A DNA stretch of 64,000 bases, taken from the NCBI GenBank assembly GCA_964019335.1, contig OZ025655.1, positions 310,001-374,000 on the forward strand, given 5' to 3'. Positions 23,919 to 34,841 of this stretch are shown here, one piece after another. Made by a program: the position numbers and the translations under genes. Source of the DNA: Diplonema japonicum. Its lineage: Eukaryota > Protista > Euglenozoa: Diplonemea. The notes under the pieces were generated by a model that saw only the letters and a list, made by a program, of their open reading frames with translations, had not been told where the DNA came from and did no database searches. Each line of letters begins with the position of its first letter. Position 1 is the stretch's first letter.

Positions 23919-24653
23919 TCATGCGTGGTGCTGGATGTGCTGGTGCTTAACGACCTGTCGCTGCTTGAGCACCATCTCCCTCTTCAAGCGGGTGAAGTGG
24001 ATGTGGAGCCTGGAGCAAGCATCACCGTGCGAGCACCTGCGGCCGATTTCCTTTCCGAACTCTGGGCAACGGTCAATCTCAGAAGGTCGCAGACGCCACT
24101 GGGTGGAGCACTCCCTGCAGCGAAGAACAGCCCATCCACGCTTAATGCGTACGTTCTCCCAAGAGTTGTGGTGGCATGGGGACGCAGAGGCACCAGATGA
24201 CCCGGAAGTGGAAACAGTGGTAGAAGCAGACCCTCGTCTCGATGATGGGCAGTGCACTGGCAGGTCCACCACAACGGGTGCCACAACTATTTCGCTGACA
24301 CGGTTCACCGCGTCCAGCCTGAAGTGCCATACCTGCCTGGCCACGTGGCCCAGGGGCATCGGTACCAGGCTCAGGTTGAAGATCACTTTAACCTGATCGG
24401 GGCCCACGGCCGTGGCACCCTCCAACCCCCACGTCAGCTTGCAGTCGCCACCCCAGCTCCTCTCCAGCACTTTGTTGTAGTACATGCACACTCCGTCGTG
24501 GCCCCTCGCGACCTTCAGCCCCGATCTACTCACGTAGTCGCACACCACGATGTCAGGGGAGAGGTACTTGCAAACCCACTCCGCCACGGTACCCTCTTCC
24601 ATGGCGTTCTGCCACGAGGTCCAGCATGCGTCCACAAGGTTAAGAAGCATCAT
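23919..24653 (-). CDS. SnoaL/NTF2-like domain plus CHHNSW..CRxC zinc motif and CCCH zinc finger
   Basis: Start MMLLNL after poly(A); CHHNSWENVRIKRGWAVLRCREC followed by CPEF..CSHGDACSRLHIH. Confidence 0.7.
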   Translation of the reverse strand: MMLLNLVDACWTSWQNAMEEGTVAEWVCKYLSPDIVVCDYVSRSGLKVARGHDGVCMYYNKVLERSWGGDCKLTWGLEGATAVGPDQVKVIFNLSLVPMPLGHVARQVWHFRLDAVNRVSEIVVAPVVVDLPVHCPSSRRGSASTTVSTSGSSGASASPCHHNSWENVRIKRGWAVLRCRECSTQWRLRPSEIDRCPEFGKEIGRRCSHGDACSRLHIHFTRLKREMVLKQRQVVKHQHIQHHA

Positions 24654-24906
24654 TTTTTTTTTTTTTTGGTTTTGTTTTTTTTTTTTTTTGTTGTTGTAGG
24701 TGTGTGTTTGTTCTTTTGGTTTTAATTTCTTCTCGTGGGGGGGGGGGGGGGGGGGTCGTGCGTCGAAGTGAAAAAAGAAGAAAGGGGGAAAAAAAAATAT
24801 ATAAGAGATAAAGGAGGTCAACGTATTGCTGACACCCTGTATAAGAAAGAAAAAAAAAACCCCCCCCTCACCTCCCCCCATTTTCTTCTTACTCTTACTC
24901 CCCCTT

Positions 24907-25626
24907 TCACGCGCTACCTGTTACCACTGCGACAGGTTCAGTGTCGGCCTGCGGGAGGTTGAACGCTTTGACATCTGTGAAGCCCGCGTACGAAAGGTAC
25001 AGGGCGGCAAGGAAGATACGCTCCTCGTGTGAGGCACCGGCCCAGACCTTGGTGGACTTTGTCCAAAAGGCTCTGTTGGTGAAGATGACGTGAAGGGGCG
25101 CTGAAGGGCAGAGCACACGACGCAGCTCTTTACAATGCGCCACAGGGTCGGTAAGGTACTCGATGCTCGCGACGTGGGTGCAGACGGTAAAAGCATCGTC
25201 TGCAAAATCCAAAACAGGCACTTTGTTCAAATTCTGAACAGTGTAGCCGTCCGTCAGTGCCTTGTTGGCGTTGAGCTCCTCTCCGTTTAAACCCAGTCCA
25301 TGGCAGCCTACGTTATACCCCTTGGGGAAATAACTATATGCGGAAGCGCACATTTCCAGATGCTTCACACCTTCCCCTCCCTTTAGTGCTGTCTCGTAGT
25401 ACTTTGTGATGGCCTGCAGGCTTTCAGGACTCATGTGAGACTCGAGCCTCGGTCTCTTGTAGAATACTTTGTCGTTCTTCTTGTCCATCTTTGAGTATTC
25501 GTCACTATCCAGCACGGCTTTGCCTTTGAACGAGTTGGGGAGGTCGATCCCCTCCAACAAATTCGTCCCCGCAGGACGCCCTACAAACGCTTTTGCTGCG
25601 TTGCGTACCGCTGCCATTGAGAGCAT
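24907..25626 (-). CDS. SAM-dependent methyltransferase (type 11-like), probable mitochondrial presequence
   Basis: Motifs DKVFYKRPRL..H, GLGLNGEELNAN, VQNLN..P.L.F.D..F, SIEYLTDP, FTNRAFWTK. Confidence 0.8.
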   Translation of the reverse strand: MLSMAAVRNAAKAFVGRPAGTNLLEGIDLPNSFKGKAVLDSDEYSKMDKKNDKVFYKRPRLESHMSPESLQAITKYYETALKGGEGVKHLEMCASAYSYFPKGYNVGCHGLGLNGEELNANKALTDGYTVQNLNKVPVLDFADDAFTVCTHVASIEYLTDPVAHCKELRRVLCPSAPLHVIFTNRAFWTKSTKVWAGASHEERIFLAALYLSYAGFTDVKAFNLPQADTEPVAVVTGSA

Positions 25627-26139
25627 TTTCTTTTTTTTTTTTTTTTTTGTTTATAAGGGGAGGCTTTTTTTTTGTGGGGTGGAAAGGGAGAGCGCGAAAG
25701 AAAGAAAAAAAAAAGAAAGAAAGAAATAAGAAAAAGGTTGGGCAAGAGGGAAATATAAAAAAAAAAATAAAAAAATAAAAAAAATAAAAATAAAAAAATA
25801 AAAACACTAATAACCCTCCACCAGTGCGACGACTGAAAAATAGGATGAAAGCAAATGTGTTTTCTTTTTTTTTCTTTCTTTTTTTTTTTTATTCCATTTC
25901 GACCAAAAATAAAAAAGTTGAAATTAAAAAAAAAAAACGATGGGGGGAGAAGACTAACAAAAAAACAAAAAATAAATAACCCAAAAGAAAACCGGGGGGG
26001 GGGGGGGGGGGAGAAAAGGAGGGGGGGCACAACGAAGGGAAAAAAGTCACCTTCCGGTCATTCCCTTTTTCCCGTGCCCTCCCTCTGCGTACTGCCCCTT
26101 ACTTCCTTTTTTTTTTTTTTTTTTTTTTTTTCCTTAAAT

Positions 26140-26519
26140 CTACTGCTGCTTCTTGAGGTCGGCAATGGTGGCCATCAGGCTGTCAATCTTTGCCTCAAGA
26201 TCGGCGATCTTCGAATGGCTCTTGTCCTGGTGCTCCTGGAGGGGGTTGAAATCAAAGAAAGTGCGCATACCTGGAACTGCTCCCTGGTGTTCTTGTGCTC
26301 TTCCTCGTATTTCTTGTTGATCGACTCAGCCTGGGACTTCAGCAGAGCCCACTGCTTCTTGTAGGCCATCCTCTCCTCGGCACTCATGTCGAACTCAGCC
26401 TCGAGCCAGGTCAGGTCGTCCCCCTCGTTGCTCTGGTGGATCCCAGTACGCCTGGCGACCATGAAGGTCCCCATCCTGCTGGTGAAGAGAGGCCTGGCAA
26501 GCGAGCGGAAAGTGTTCAT
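26140..26519 (-). CDS. IF1: Mitochondrial F1Fo-ATPase inhibitor IF1 (euglenozoan type); intron 26236-26270
   Basis: Arg-rich presequence; DDLTWLEAEFD..EERMA resembles trypanosomatid IF1 from memory; spliced C-terminal coiled coil IADLEAKIDSLMATIADLKKQQ*. Confidence 0.7.
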
Positions 26520-26666
26520 TTTTTTTTTTTTTTTTTTTTTTTTTATGCTATCTAGGGAGGGGGGACATGGGAGGCAGAAGAAAAAAAAAAGGGGGATAAA
26601 AAAGAAATTGCACTTAAAAACTGACCCAACACACACAAAGACCTTGTGGAAACAAGGCAGAAGGGA

Positions 26667-29309
26667 TCAAACCTTCTTATAAAGCACAGTCCGCAGCGTG
26701 TAGCCCCTCTGCGTGAGGAGCTTCCGCATGTTGACGACACTTGTGGCTTTGAGGAACTGCATGAAGCACACGATGTAGTCCACGTGGTCGTGGTCCTTCA
26801 GGACACACATCGAAACGTGTGGGCTGCAGGCGTCAAGGTGGGTGGGTTGCCAGAAGTGATTTGAGAAGTGCCCGGGGTAGTCCCATAGAGCACCGATGAG
26901 AGACTTGGAGCTGTGCACGGACCAGCATCGCCCTGTGGGGGTCCGTGTGGCGATGGCTGCAGGTGGGCAAAAGAGAAACCCCGCCGAGCTCAATCGATGG
27001 AAGGCGTGGTCGAAACAGTGGGCGAGCACCAAGTTGTCAAGAACCACTTGAGAGTTGTTCAAGTCATGCACGACCCCCGACAGAGTCTTGTGCCGACACA
27101 CTACAGTTCCATTTGCAGAACATATGCCCCCCTCCTTGTCCTCCACCCTCGCCACCAGCACCGGACCGCAGTACACATCTAGCATACGCCGCGACCGCCG
27201 CTCTATCTCCGCTATCAGTTCCCTTGTGTGTGCAATCTCAGGCAAAATGTCGTCAATTACAATCTCTGTCCTCTTCGACTCCTGGGTGAAGCCCTTCTCT
27301 GCAATCCGGCTGATGAGCTGCATCGGTCGGATGGGGTCAAAGATCTTCTTCCCCGTCATCTCGCATGTGTGTTCGCACAGAGACCTGCACATCAGATGCA
27401 GAAACCCTTTGAAGTCGACACAGCTCTCGGTCCTTGTCCTGCCAATCAACACATCCCCGTCTCTCCCAACCAAGGGCGGCAGCACCTGTGTGTTGCACAG
27501 TTCCGAGAAAAAGGGGTGTTGGTCCACCGTGCCTTCAATGATCCCATAGTCTTGCTTGAACTTCTTCCACCGCTCCAAGGTGAGGAACCGTGTGTTGCGT
27601 TTGTCTTTGTAGCTCACGACGTATGAGAAGGTTCTGTTCAGCTTCGTGGTCGTCTCTTCGTCCAAGTACCACTTGGGGTACTGCTCCTCGAATGTGAAGC
27701 ACTGGCTGGGCTCCGTGTCGGAGTAGGCATGCCTGTCGTTGCTGCACTCGATGCTGCACGTGACAAACCGCGAGAAGACCACACTACACGTCTGCTGAGT
27801 GTGGTTGTACGCCACATCCACGGACACGTCGTACGGTGCGACAGGCGGTGCTGTGGTGAGCACCTTCTTACCCTTCACAGTGTGTGCCTTGATCACCACG
27901 GGGTTTGGGTTGTCTTTGTCCCGCAGGTCAGCGAACCTCACATAGACGCCTCGCTTTGTGCAGAAGTTTGTCCCTTCAATGGTGATGTCATACCCACCCT
28001 TGCACCCTCCTTTGCCGGGCTTGCACGCTACGTCGGGGGCTGTATTCTTCAGCACCGGGATGCCTTTCAACGCCCAGTCGCATTCGTTCCTCATATCCTT
28101 TCCAAAGATCTTGTGGTAGTGTGGCTCCAGCTGCTTGAAGACAGCTTCCACACGCGACGCGATGCTTGGATACCGCTGTCGGTCAACTTCAGTTCGGGTG
28201 TACATAAGCTGTCCCAGCCGCATGATGCAGTCGATGAACATGTGCTTGTCGAGAAGCACCTCCTGCATGTCTTCCGTCTTCAGGTAGTCCACCCCTAATC
28301 CGTTATCTGTGTTGTGCCCCATGTACTCCTCGGGTGCCGCATCAGTAGTGTTGACCACCAGCCCTGGAGACACCTGGAAGGAAGACTTCCGTTGGACAGG
28401 GCACCTGTCTGATAAGGAACTGCACTCGCTTGCTGTAGTCTGTTTTGAAGGGTCGGTGACGACACGGCCAAAACATGAAAGCTGCGTGATCTTGCTGATC
28501 TCGACGAAAGAAACCTGCTTTGGGAACAGAAAGAAGTCTTTTGCGAACTCACGGAACTGCACCAGCTCGACTACCTCAGAGAGTATTTTCAGCTGCGCGT
28601 AGGGGAGCGCCCTCTGTGAGGACCCACAAGAAAGGACGCGGTACCTGTCAAAAAGCTTTTGGAGGGGTGTGTCGTAGATGTATAATAACCTGTCTACATC
28701 AAGCGGCTTAAAGAGGTCGTCACCCGGTGCAAGGCCGTCATGAGTGTTCCGTGTGACATAGTCTTTGTGCCAAGTGGAGAGGCAGGTGCTCGTGAGGGCA
28801 GTAGCAGCTGCCAGGTGGTCGCCGTTGAGGGGCGGGAACTTATAAAACGCGACGTGGCAGAGCGCAAGTAGGAAACGAGGGTAGTCTATCTTATCAGTAG
28901 AGGGGTCTGCCTGTGCCGCCTTTGTCACGTATGAGACATCGATGGCGTGCATCTTTGCGTCCCGCCCTTGGTCAGTGACGATGCCTGCCTGCTTGCACCA
29001 CGAGACAAAGTGTTTCACATTCATGGAACCCGACGAGAGGTACTCCCCGTGATCCAGGGCAGCAACCCACATCTCTTCCAACTGGTTCACCAGCGCACAG
29101 TCCCCTAGTAGTTTTGTAAACGACTCCCTCTCCTCTTCCTCTAACTCTGCAGGCACCATGTCCTCTTTCTTCCCAACTGCGCTGGACAATCTCCGCCTCC
29201 CTAGGCTCTCCATCCTATCCTTTCTCCCCCAGCTCACAGGTGACCCTCGCATGCTCCCAGTGCTCAACTTCCTGAAGTCACCCCGCAGCGAGGACTTCTT
29301 ACGCTGCAT
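26667..29309 (-). CDS. Large hypothetical protein with degenerate EF-hand/p25-alpha-like regions and an IPT/TIG-like domain
   Basis: About 880-aa ORF; P.KG.CKGGYDITIEGTNF....VYVRF...TAPP...IECSND is IPT/TIG-like. Confidence 0.7.
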   Translation of the reverse strand: MQRKKSSLRGDFRKLSTGSMRGSPVSWGRKDRMESLGRRRLSSAVGKKEDMVPAELEEEERESFTKLLGDCALVNQLEEMWVAALDHGEYLSSGSMNVKHFVSWCKQAGIVTDQGRDAKMHAIDVSYVTKAAQADPSTDKIDYPRFLLALCHVAFYKFPPLNGDHLAAATALTSTCLSTWHKDYVTRNTHDGLAPGDDLFKPLDVDRLLYIYDTPLQKLFDRYRVLSCGSSQRALPYAQLKILSEVVELVQFREFAKDFFLFPKQVSFVEISKITQLSCFGRVVTDPSKQTTASECSSLSDRCPVQRKSSFQVSPGLVVNTTDAAPEEYMGHNTDNGLGVDYLKTEDMQEVLLDKHMFIDCIMRLGQLMYTRTEVDRQRYPSIASRVEAVFKQLEPHYHKIFGKDMRNECDWALKGIPVLKNTAPDVACKPGKGGCKGGYDITIEGTNFCTKRGVYVRFADLRDKDNPNPVVIKAHTVKGKKVLTTAPPVAPYDVSVDVAYNHTQQTCSVVFSRFVTCSIECSNDRHAYSDTEPSQCFTFEEQYPKWYLDEETTTKLNRTFSYVVSYKDKRNTRFLTLERWKKFKQDYGIIEGTVDQHPFFSELCNTQVLPPLVGRDGDVLIGRTRTESCVDFKGFLHLMCRSLCEHTCEMTGKKIFDPIRPMQLISRIAEKGFTQESKRTEIVIDDILPEIAHTRELIAEIERRSRRMLDVYCGPVLVARVEDKEGGICSANGTVVCRHKTLSGVVHDLNNSQVVLDNLVLAHCFDHAFHRLSSAGFLFCPPAAIATRTPTGRCWSVHSSKSLIGALWDYPGHFSNHFWQPTHLDACSPHVSMCVLKDHDHVDYIVCFMQFLKATSVVNMRKLLTQRGYTLRTVLYKKV

Positions 29310-29541
29310 CGTGTCACCCACCTGTAATTTCTTTTTCCTTTTTCGTTAAGCAACATAGTACTCAGGGTTAACCTGCCACCAACGGGCTTAACCCGAGCAA
29401 TCTTAGGATTGCATCCAGAGACCCAAGCCGGGTCTGGCTCGATCTCCCGGTAGTTAAAAACCCGTTGGCGTTCGGTTAACCTGGATACTACAAAATACAA
29501 CAAGGAAATACTTAAGCACTCACCACGGCTACTACTGCTAC

Positions 29542-31104
29542 TTAATTCAGTGACTCTTCGAGTGTAGCAACACCTTCGGGTATTTCCTCTGCCGAGTCTG
29601 CCGAGTATGCACTTTGGACCGCTGGCTTTGGTTTTTGAAGATCAGCAAGGGACTCGGGGAGGGTGGTGTTGATGGTCTCTGGAAGCAGAGAGCAAAGGAA
29701 AGCGCTGGTCACCAGGCAGACCCCAAAGACGATCAGGGATGAGGCTCCTTTTGAGGCGATAAAGGGTGCGCTTAAGCCGCCTATCCGTGCACTTGCTGTT
29801 GAGAGACCCATTGCAGTTGATCGCACGGAGGTTGGGAATAATTCCGATCCCCAGATGTAAGCCAGGGAGAAGGCGACGGTGACGCCGAACTTGCCAACGA
29901 AAGCAAAGACTCTTCCTAGATCGTCTAGGCCCATGCTGTAGAACACAAAGTACAACAGGCAGCAGCTGCCGCCCACACCGAGGCCCCACAACATAGAACC
30001 CTTGCGGCCTATCTTCGGGGACTCTGTTGTGAAGTATTGCAACACATATGCGGGAAGCTCTATCACAGCTATCACAGCAGCGTTGACATACAGGTTGCCG
30101 CCGAGAGAACCAGCGGCGAAGTTCAACCCGTAGTACGACAGCGAGCATGCAAACCACGTGAAGCACATGACCAACGTGCGTGTTCTGATAACACTGTGCC
30201 TGAAGAGTGACATCATGCTTTCATCCGCGCTGCCTTGCACGGTGGGGACCTCCTTCAAGGTGCCGTCCGATAGCGAGACGCCATTTGTCGCGGCGATCTT
30301 TTGCAAGCTCACCTCAGCAGCACCCTTGTGCCCCGCTGCAGCGTTCCAGCGAGGGGACTCTTCAATGTACCAGTACCAGAACACGCAAGGGAGGCAAAGG
30401 AGACTGATGAGCAGACTGAAAGCCTTCCACTCGGGGACCCAGTACGCAATGGGGACAAGCAGCGTCTCCCCAACACCGAAGGTCCCAAGGATCAAAGTGC
30501 CCAACTTCGGTTGATACGCAATGCTGACGGACTCCGTTGCTAAAATATACGAAACAAGGGAAAGTCCGCCTATGCAGCAACCGTCAAGAAACCTGCTGGA
30601 GAAGTACATGCCGAGATTGGAGGAGACAGAGGACAAGGCGAGGGAGAGTGAGGCACCGAGGATGAGAATGAAAGATATGGTTTTCCTGCCATGTTTTGTG
30701 GAGAGTGTGCCGCTGAGGACACCGCCAACGAACCAGCCCATGAAGAAAAGAGCGCCTGCAAGGGGACCGATCCAAGTATCGTGGCAAGCACCCCACTCAG
30801 TGACAGTGGACTTAGCGTGTCCGCCAAGCATCCACGTTTCGTTGAAATGAGGTATATCGTCGCAGAAATCCTCAAGACTAGGGGCGCTCCCCTGGCACAC
30901 GGTTCCCTCTCTGCACACCACTTCATGCGGTAGCGTGGTGAAGAACCCGCTCATCGTATGCATGCCGCACATAGCCGATCCAACGCTCCCCCACACTGCC
31001 AGCATCGTGCTATATTTGCCCCATCCTATTTCGTGCAAGGCGCTTTCTACAGTCATTCCACTGGGAGTTTCCTGTGTGTCCTCTTGGTCAAAGTCTTCTT
31101 GCAT
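29542..31104 (-). CDS. MFS transporter, SLC22/organic cation family
   Basis: Multiple TM helices; HGRK, YILATES, EESPRW, IGRK, SELFPTSVRSTAMG, LPET motifs. Confidence 0.92.
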   Translation of the reverse strand: MQEDFDQEDTQETPSGMTVESALHEIGWGKYSTMLAVWGSVGSAMCGMHTMSGFFTTLPHEVVCREGTVCQGSAPSLEDFCDDIPHFNETWMLGGHAKSTVTEWGACHDTWIGPLAGALFFMGWFVGGVLSGTLSTKHGRKTISFILILGASLSLALSSVSSNLGMYFSSRFLDGCCIGGLSLVSYILATESVSIAYQPKLGTLILGTFGVGETLLVPIAYWVPEWKAFSLLISLLCLPCVFWYWYIEESPRWNAAAGHKGAAEVSLQKIAATNGVSLSDGTLKEVPTVQGSADESMMSLFRHSVIRTRTLVMCFTWFACSLSYYGLNFAAGSLGGNLYVNAAVIAVIELPAYVLQYFTTESPKIGRKGSMLWGLGVGGSCCLLYFVFYSMGLDDLGRVFAFVGKFGVTVAFSLAYIWGSELFPTSVRSTAMGLSTASARIGGLSAPFIASKGASSLIVFGVCLVTSAFLCSLLPETINTTLPESLADLQKPKPAVQSAYSADSAEEIPEGVATLEESLN

Positions 31105-32144
31105 GCTGTCGTTCTGCCCGCTTTATTTGGAAATTATACCTGTTCAAAAAAAAAAGGGGGGGTTTTGGAAGAAATGGAGGTGAGAACAACGGTAAAATGA
31201 CGGCAAGAAAGGGAAAAGAAATATCGTGGTTGGGGGGAGATGATGATGGACAAAAAAAGGGGGGGGGGCAAAAAAAATGAAACGGGGGAAATTGGAAATT
31301 GGGGGAAATAGAAAAGGACGTGTTTGAGTAGCAGAGTGGCAGTGAGACACTACCTGTAGATGTAACCACTACCCCCCCAAAAAAAAAGAAAGAAAAGGGA
31401 TAGGGGACAACAGGCATTTGAAAAGAAAAAAGTCGTTTCCCTTCTAGGGATTCCCTTTCTTCTTCTTCTCTTTTTTTTTTTCCTCCTGTTAACACACGGT
31501 CCCCTGCCAGGTTCCCTCCGTCCTTTTTTTTTCTTTTTTTTTCTTCTTATTGTTTAAAAATCTTCTGTCATTCTTTTTTTCTTTTTCATCCCCCCTCTCT
31601 ATTCTATTCTCTATGGTTTGTTTTCAAATTCCTAAAAGTTTGCGTTTACGAAGGCAAACAACAAAACAGCAACGGAAGGAAGAAAAAAAAAAAGAAATGT
31701 GGCATTGTCTGTAGAAGGGAAAGTCAAGGCGAAACTGCTATTAACAAGCCCAATGGTGTGTTAATATCAGCAGCTCGGTGAGGTATGGAAAAAAAAAAGA
31801 GAGGGGGGTGAGAAAATAAAAGGAGAGGCAACAAAAAAAGAGGGGGGGGGGGAAACAATGAAACAGGAGAGAAAAGAAATGAACTCATCCGGTGAAGATG
31901 TCAACACTTTTTTTTTTTTTTTTTGTGAATTCGAAATATATTTGTTTTGATTATTAACCATAGGAAGATGACATATATGGTGTACCTCTAGCCGTTTCAA
32001 TTGCGATGCTTGCCTGCCATGAGGGTGGCAGGCTTTGCAATCCATCGGCATTTTTTTTTCCCGGACGAGCTCATAAAAGAAAATGAAAAATAGGAATTTT
32101 ATGGTTTTCTCCCACCCCCCCCCCTTTTTTTTACATCCTAATTA

Positions 32145-32281
32145 TCAGTTTTTTTCCTTCTTTCCTCCGAAAATTGCGGAGATCGAGTTCTCAGTATGAG
32201 TTCTCTCGATAGCCTCAGCAAGAAGGGGTGCGATGGTGATCGGGTAGAGCTTGGGGCATTTTTCACGGTGTTGGTCGAGCG

Positions 32282-32317
<36 letters not shown>

Positions 32318-33372
32318 CTCTCCTCGCATACATAGAGTCTGTGATAGCAAGCTCCTTAAGAGCTTCGCATTCGTTGACCCTGTCAGTGCAAGGGTGGGTC
32401 AGGATGCCGTGGGTGATGCATGCGTACACCGCCTTCGCACCCTTCTCCAAGAGGAGGTTGCACGCCTTACACAGGGTGCCACCTGTATCACAGATGTCGT
32501 CAATGATGACAACGACCTGGCCCTTTACGTCACCTACCATCTCCATGCGCTCGATCTTGTTCGCCTCGACTCTTCTCTTGAGGATGGTGACCACCGCCTT
32601 GGCGTGTACCTTGTCGGCCACGAGCATCGCACGTTCCACACCCCCCGCGTCGGGCGACACAATGGTGAGCTCTTCCGAGCAGTCCTTGATGCCCTCGAGG
32701 TCGACAACACGCTGGTTTTTTTTTTTTTTTTTTTTTTTTTTTCCCCTCCAAAAATACCTTCTGGATGTACCTTGCCCACTCAGCATGAACAGGGAGGTTG
32801 TCAACAGGTGTGTTGTGGAAGAACCCTTGGATCTGCCCGCAGTGGAGGTCGGTAGTGATGACTCTGTCAACACCCATGCCCATGAGGAGCTGCGCAATGC
32901 ACGACGCAGAGATGGGAACACGGGGCTTTGTTTTGCGATCCTGACGCGCATAGGCGAAGTACGGGACGATGGCAGTGATACGCTTTGCGGACGCGAGCCT
33001 CAGGGTATGGACTAGGAGCAGAAGCTCCATCATAGAGGTGTTGATGTCAACGCCATCGGCGTTCGAGCAAGTCGGCTGGATGATGAAGACATCGTCACCC
33101 CTCACGTTCTGCTCCACCTTGATCGCCACCTCACCGTTGGCAAACTGGTTCACTTTGCAAGGTGTCAATTGTTGTCTAAGGATCTTTCCGATATCTTCTG
33201 CGAGCGCTTGGTTCGCCCTTCCGCTCAACACTCTCAGCCTGTAGGTCGTCTCGACCGCCTTGCTCTTCCTCTTTTGGTAGTAGTGAGTTTCCTTAAATCT
33301 CAACTCATCCTCCTTGCTGGGACCCACCAGGTCACCTCCCTCAGGGGAACGTGGTGCATTAGTATCCGACAT
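32145..33372 (-). CDS. PRPS: Ribose-phosphate pyrophosphokinase (PRPP synthetase); introns 32712-32757 and 32284-32331
   Basis: Motifs FANGE, VPYFAYARQDRK, DLHCGQIQGFF, VSPDAGGVERA, IIDDICDTGGT; splicing gives YIQK|RVVD and DSM|PLDQ. Confidence 0.95.
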
Positions 33373-33518
33373 TTTTGTCTAATCTACGATCCCTCCTGGA
33401 ATGAAAAAAAAGAAACTTTTTTTTTTCTCGTGAAAAAAGAAAGAAAGAAATAATAGTACTGGTACTTTTTTAAAATAAGAGAATGAGGAAAAGAAAAAAA
33501 GAAAAGGTACAATTTTAA

Positions 33519-33688
<170 letters not shown>

Positions 33689-33797
33689 TTAAGTACAGAC
33701 TGCAAAAGTAAGAAACACTCTCGCAGTTAACAACGGGGGTTAAAAATTAAAGATTACAAAAAAAAAAAAAGATACAATTTCTTTTGTGTTAATTTGT

Positions 33798-34841
33798 TTA
33801 CAAGTACAACGAAACCTCTATTTTCTTCTCCGGGAGAGCTACGATTGTGATCTGTTTCTTCTTCAAGCGCCTCGTGCTCTTCGCTATCTTCCTCTTACGA
33901 GTCACGGGCCTTGGGGCCTGCGGTATGAGATCGAGAACCTTTTCCACCTTCGAGAGGATTTGCTTGTTGTTGTCGAAGCCGTACTTCGTCAATACGTTGA
34001 GGATGGTCTCTTCTTGGGGTCGAACCCTGAGGAGCTGAGGAAGGGACAGACCTTTACAGCAAGGAGCGTTGTAGGAGAGGTTTGTGAGACGGAGATTACG
34101 CTCGATGAGGTCCTTGTGAGAGGAGATTATTAAAGGAAGAGATCCAGCTCCCCGGATTGGAACCTGCTTGAGCCTGGAAGGGTCTTCAATCAATTTTGAC
34201 AACGGCACGCTAGTGTGAGCGAATATTGCTTGGGCAGTAGCCTTTCCGAGAGACGGGACACCATTGATGTTGTCCACCTTGTCACCAACCAAAGCAAGGT
34301 AGTCGGCCATGCGCAGTCGTGGGTCAAACCCAAGCTGCTCTCGAAGTTCGGCAGGACCCCTGATCACCTCAACCTTTTTTCTAACATCGTACATACTGCA
34401 ACGCCTTCCAACAAGCTGCATAAGATCTTTATCCGAACTTGCAATGTGTGTTTGAACCTTGCCCTCTTCCAACAATTTGTGCAAAGAACCAATCACGTCA
34501 TCAGCTTCGTACCCCGCTGACGTGTACACACCCACACCCAAGGCCTCTGTGATGTCCTTGCAAGCCTCCATTTGGAACCGAATATCCGAGTGACCGCCCC
34601 TGCTCGCCCTGTTTTCTTTATACTCGCTGTGGATGGTCTTCCTCCAGTTGTCCTTCGAACGCCCGTCGAAGGCAGCGGCGATGTACTCGGGCCTCTTAGA
34701 CAACAGGTCTAGGAGAAAGAGGGTGTAGCCGTATGCGCCTTGCATATGCTCTCCCCGAGGAGCCTTCCACACCTTGGGCAGTGCGCAATAGTATCTGAAG
34801 AAAAAGATTGGGGCGTCAATGAGATAGGCCTGCTTCTTCAT
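33798..34841 (-). CDS. Stand-alone bacterial-type 5'-3' exonuclease/flap endonuclease (Pol I N-terminal domain family)
   Basis: Motifs LIDA..FFFR, AAAFD, YKENR, YEADDVIG, SSDKDLMQL, DYLALVGDKVDNINGV..LGKATA; basic C-terminal tail; no introns. Confidence 0.9.
   Translation of the reverse strand: MKKQAYLIDAPIFFFRYYCALPKVWKAPRGEHMQGAYGYTLFLLDLLSKRPEYIAAAFDGRSKDNWRKTIHSEYKENRASRGGHSDIRFQMEACKDITEALGVGVYTSAGYEADDVIGSLHKLLEEGKVQTHIASSDKDLMQLVGRRCSMYDVRKKVEVIRGPAELREQLGFDPRLRMADYLALVGDKVDNINGVPSLGKATAQAIFAHTSVPLSKLIEDPSRLKQVPIRGAGSLPLIISSHKDLIERNLRLTNLSYNAPCCKGLSLPQLLRVRPQEETILNVLTKYGFDNNKQILSKVEKVLDLIPQAPRPVTRKRKIAKSTRRLKKKQITIVALPEKKIEVSLYL

Noticed and set aside
29264-29503. 79-aa ORF as a 5' exon of the 880-aa gene
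   Set aside because: No ATG, the obvious splice gives the wrong frame, and the region is better explained as a fold-back structure.
32284-32757. Programmed frameshifting or poly-Lys tracts at A-runs in PRPS, HGD and the transporter
   Set aside because: The A-runs lie within GT-AG introns whose removal restores conserved protein sequence.
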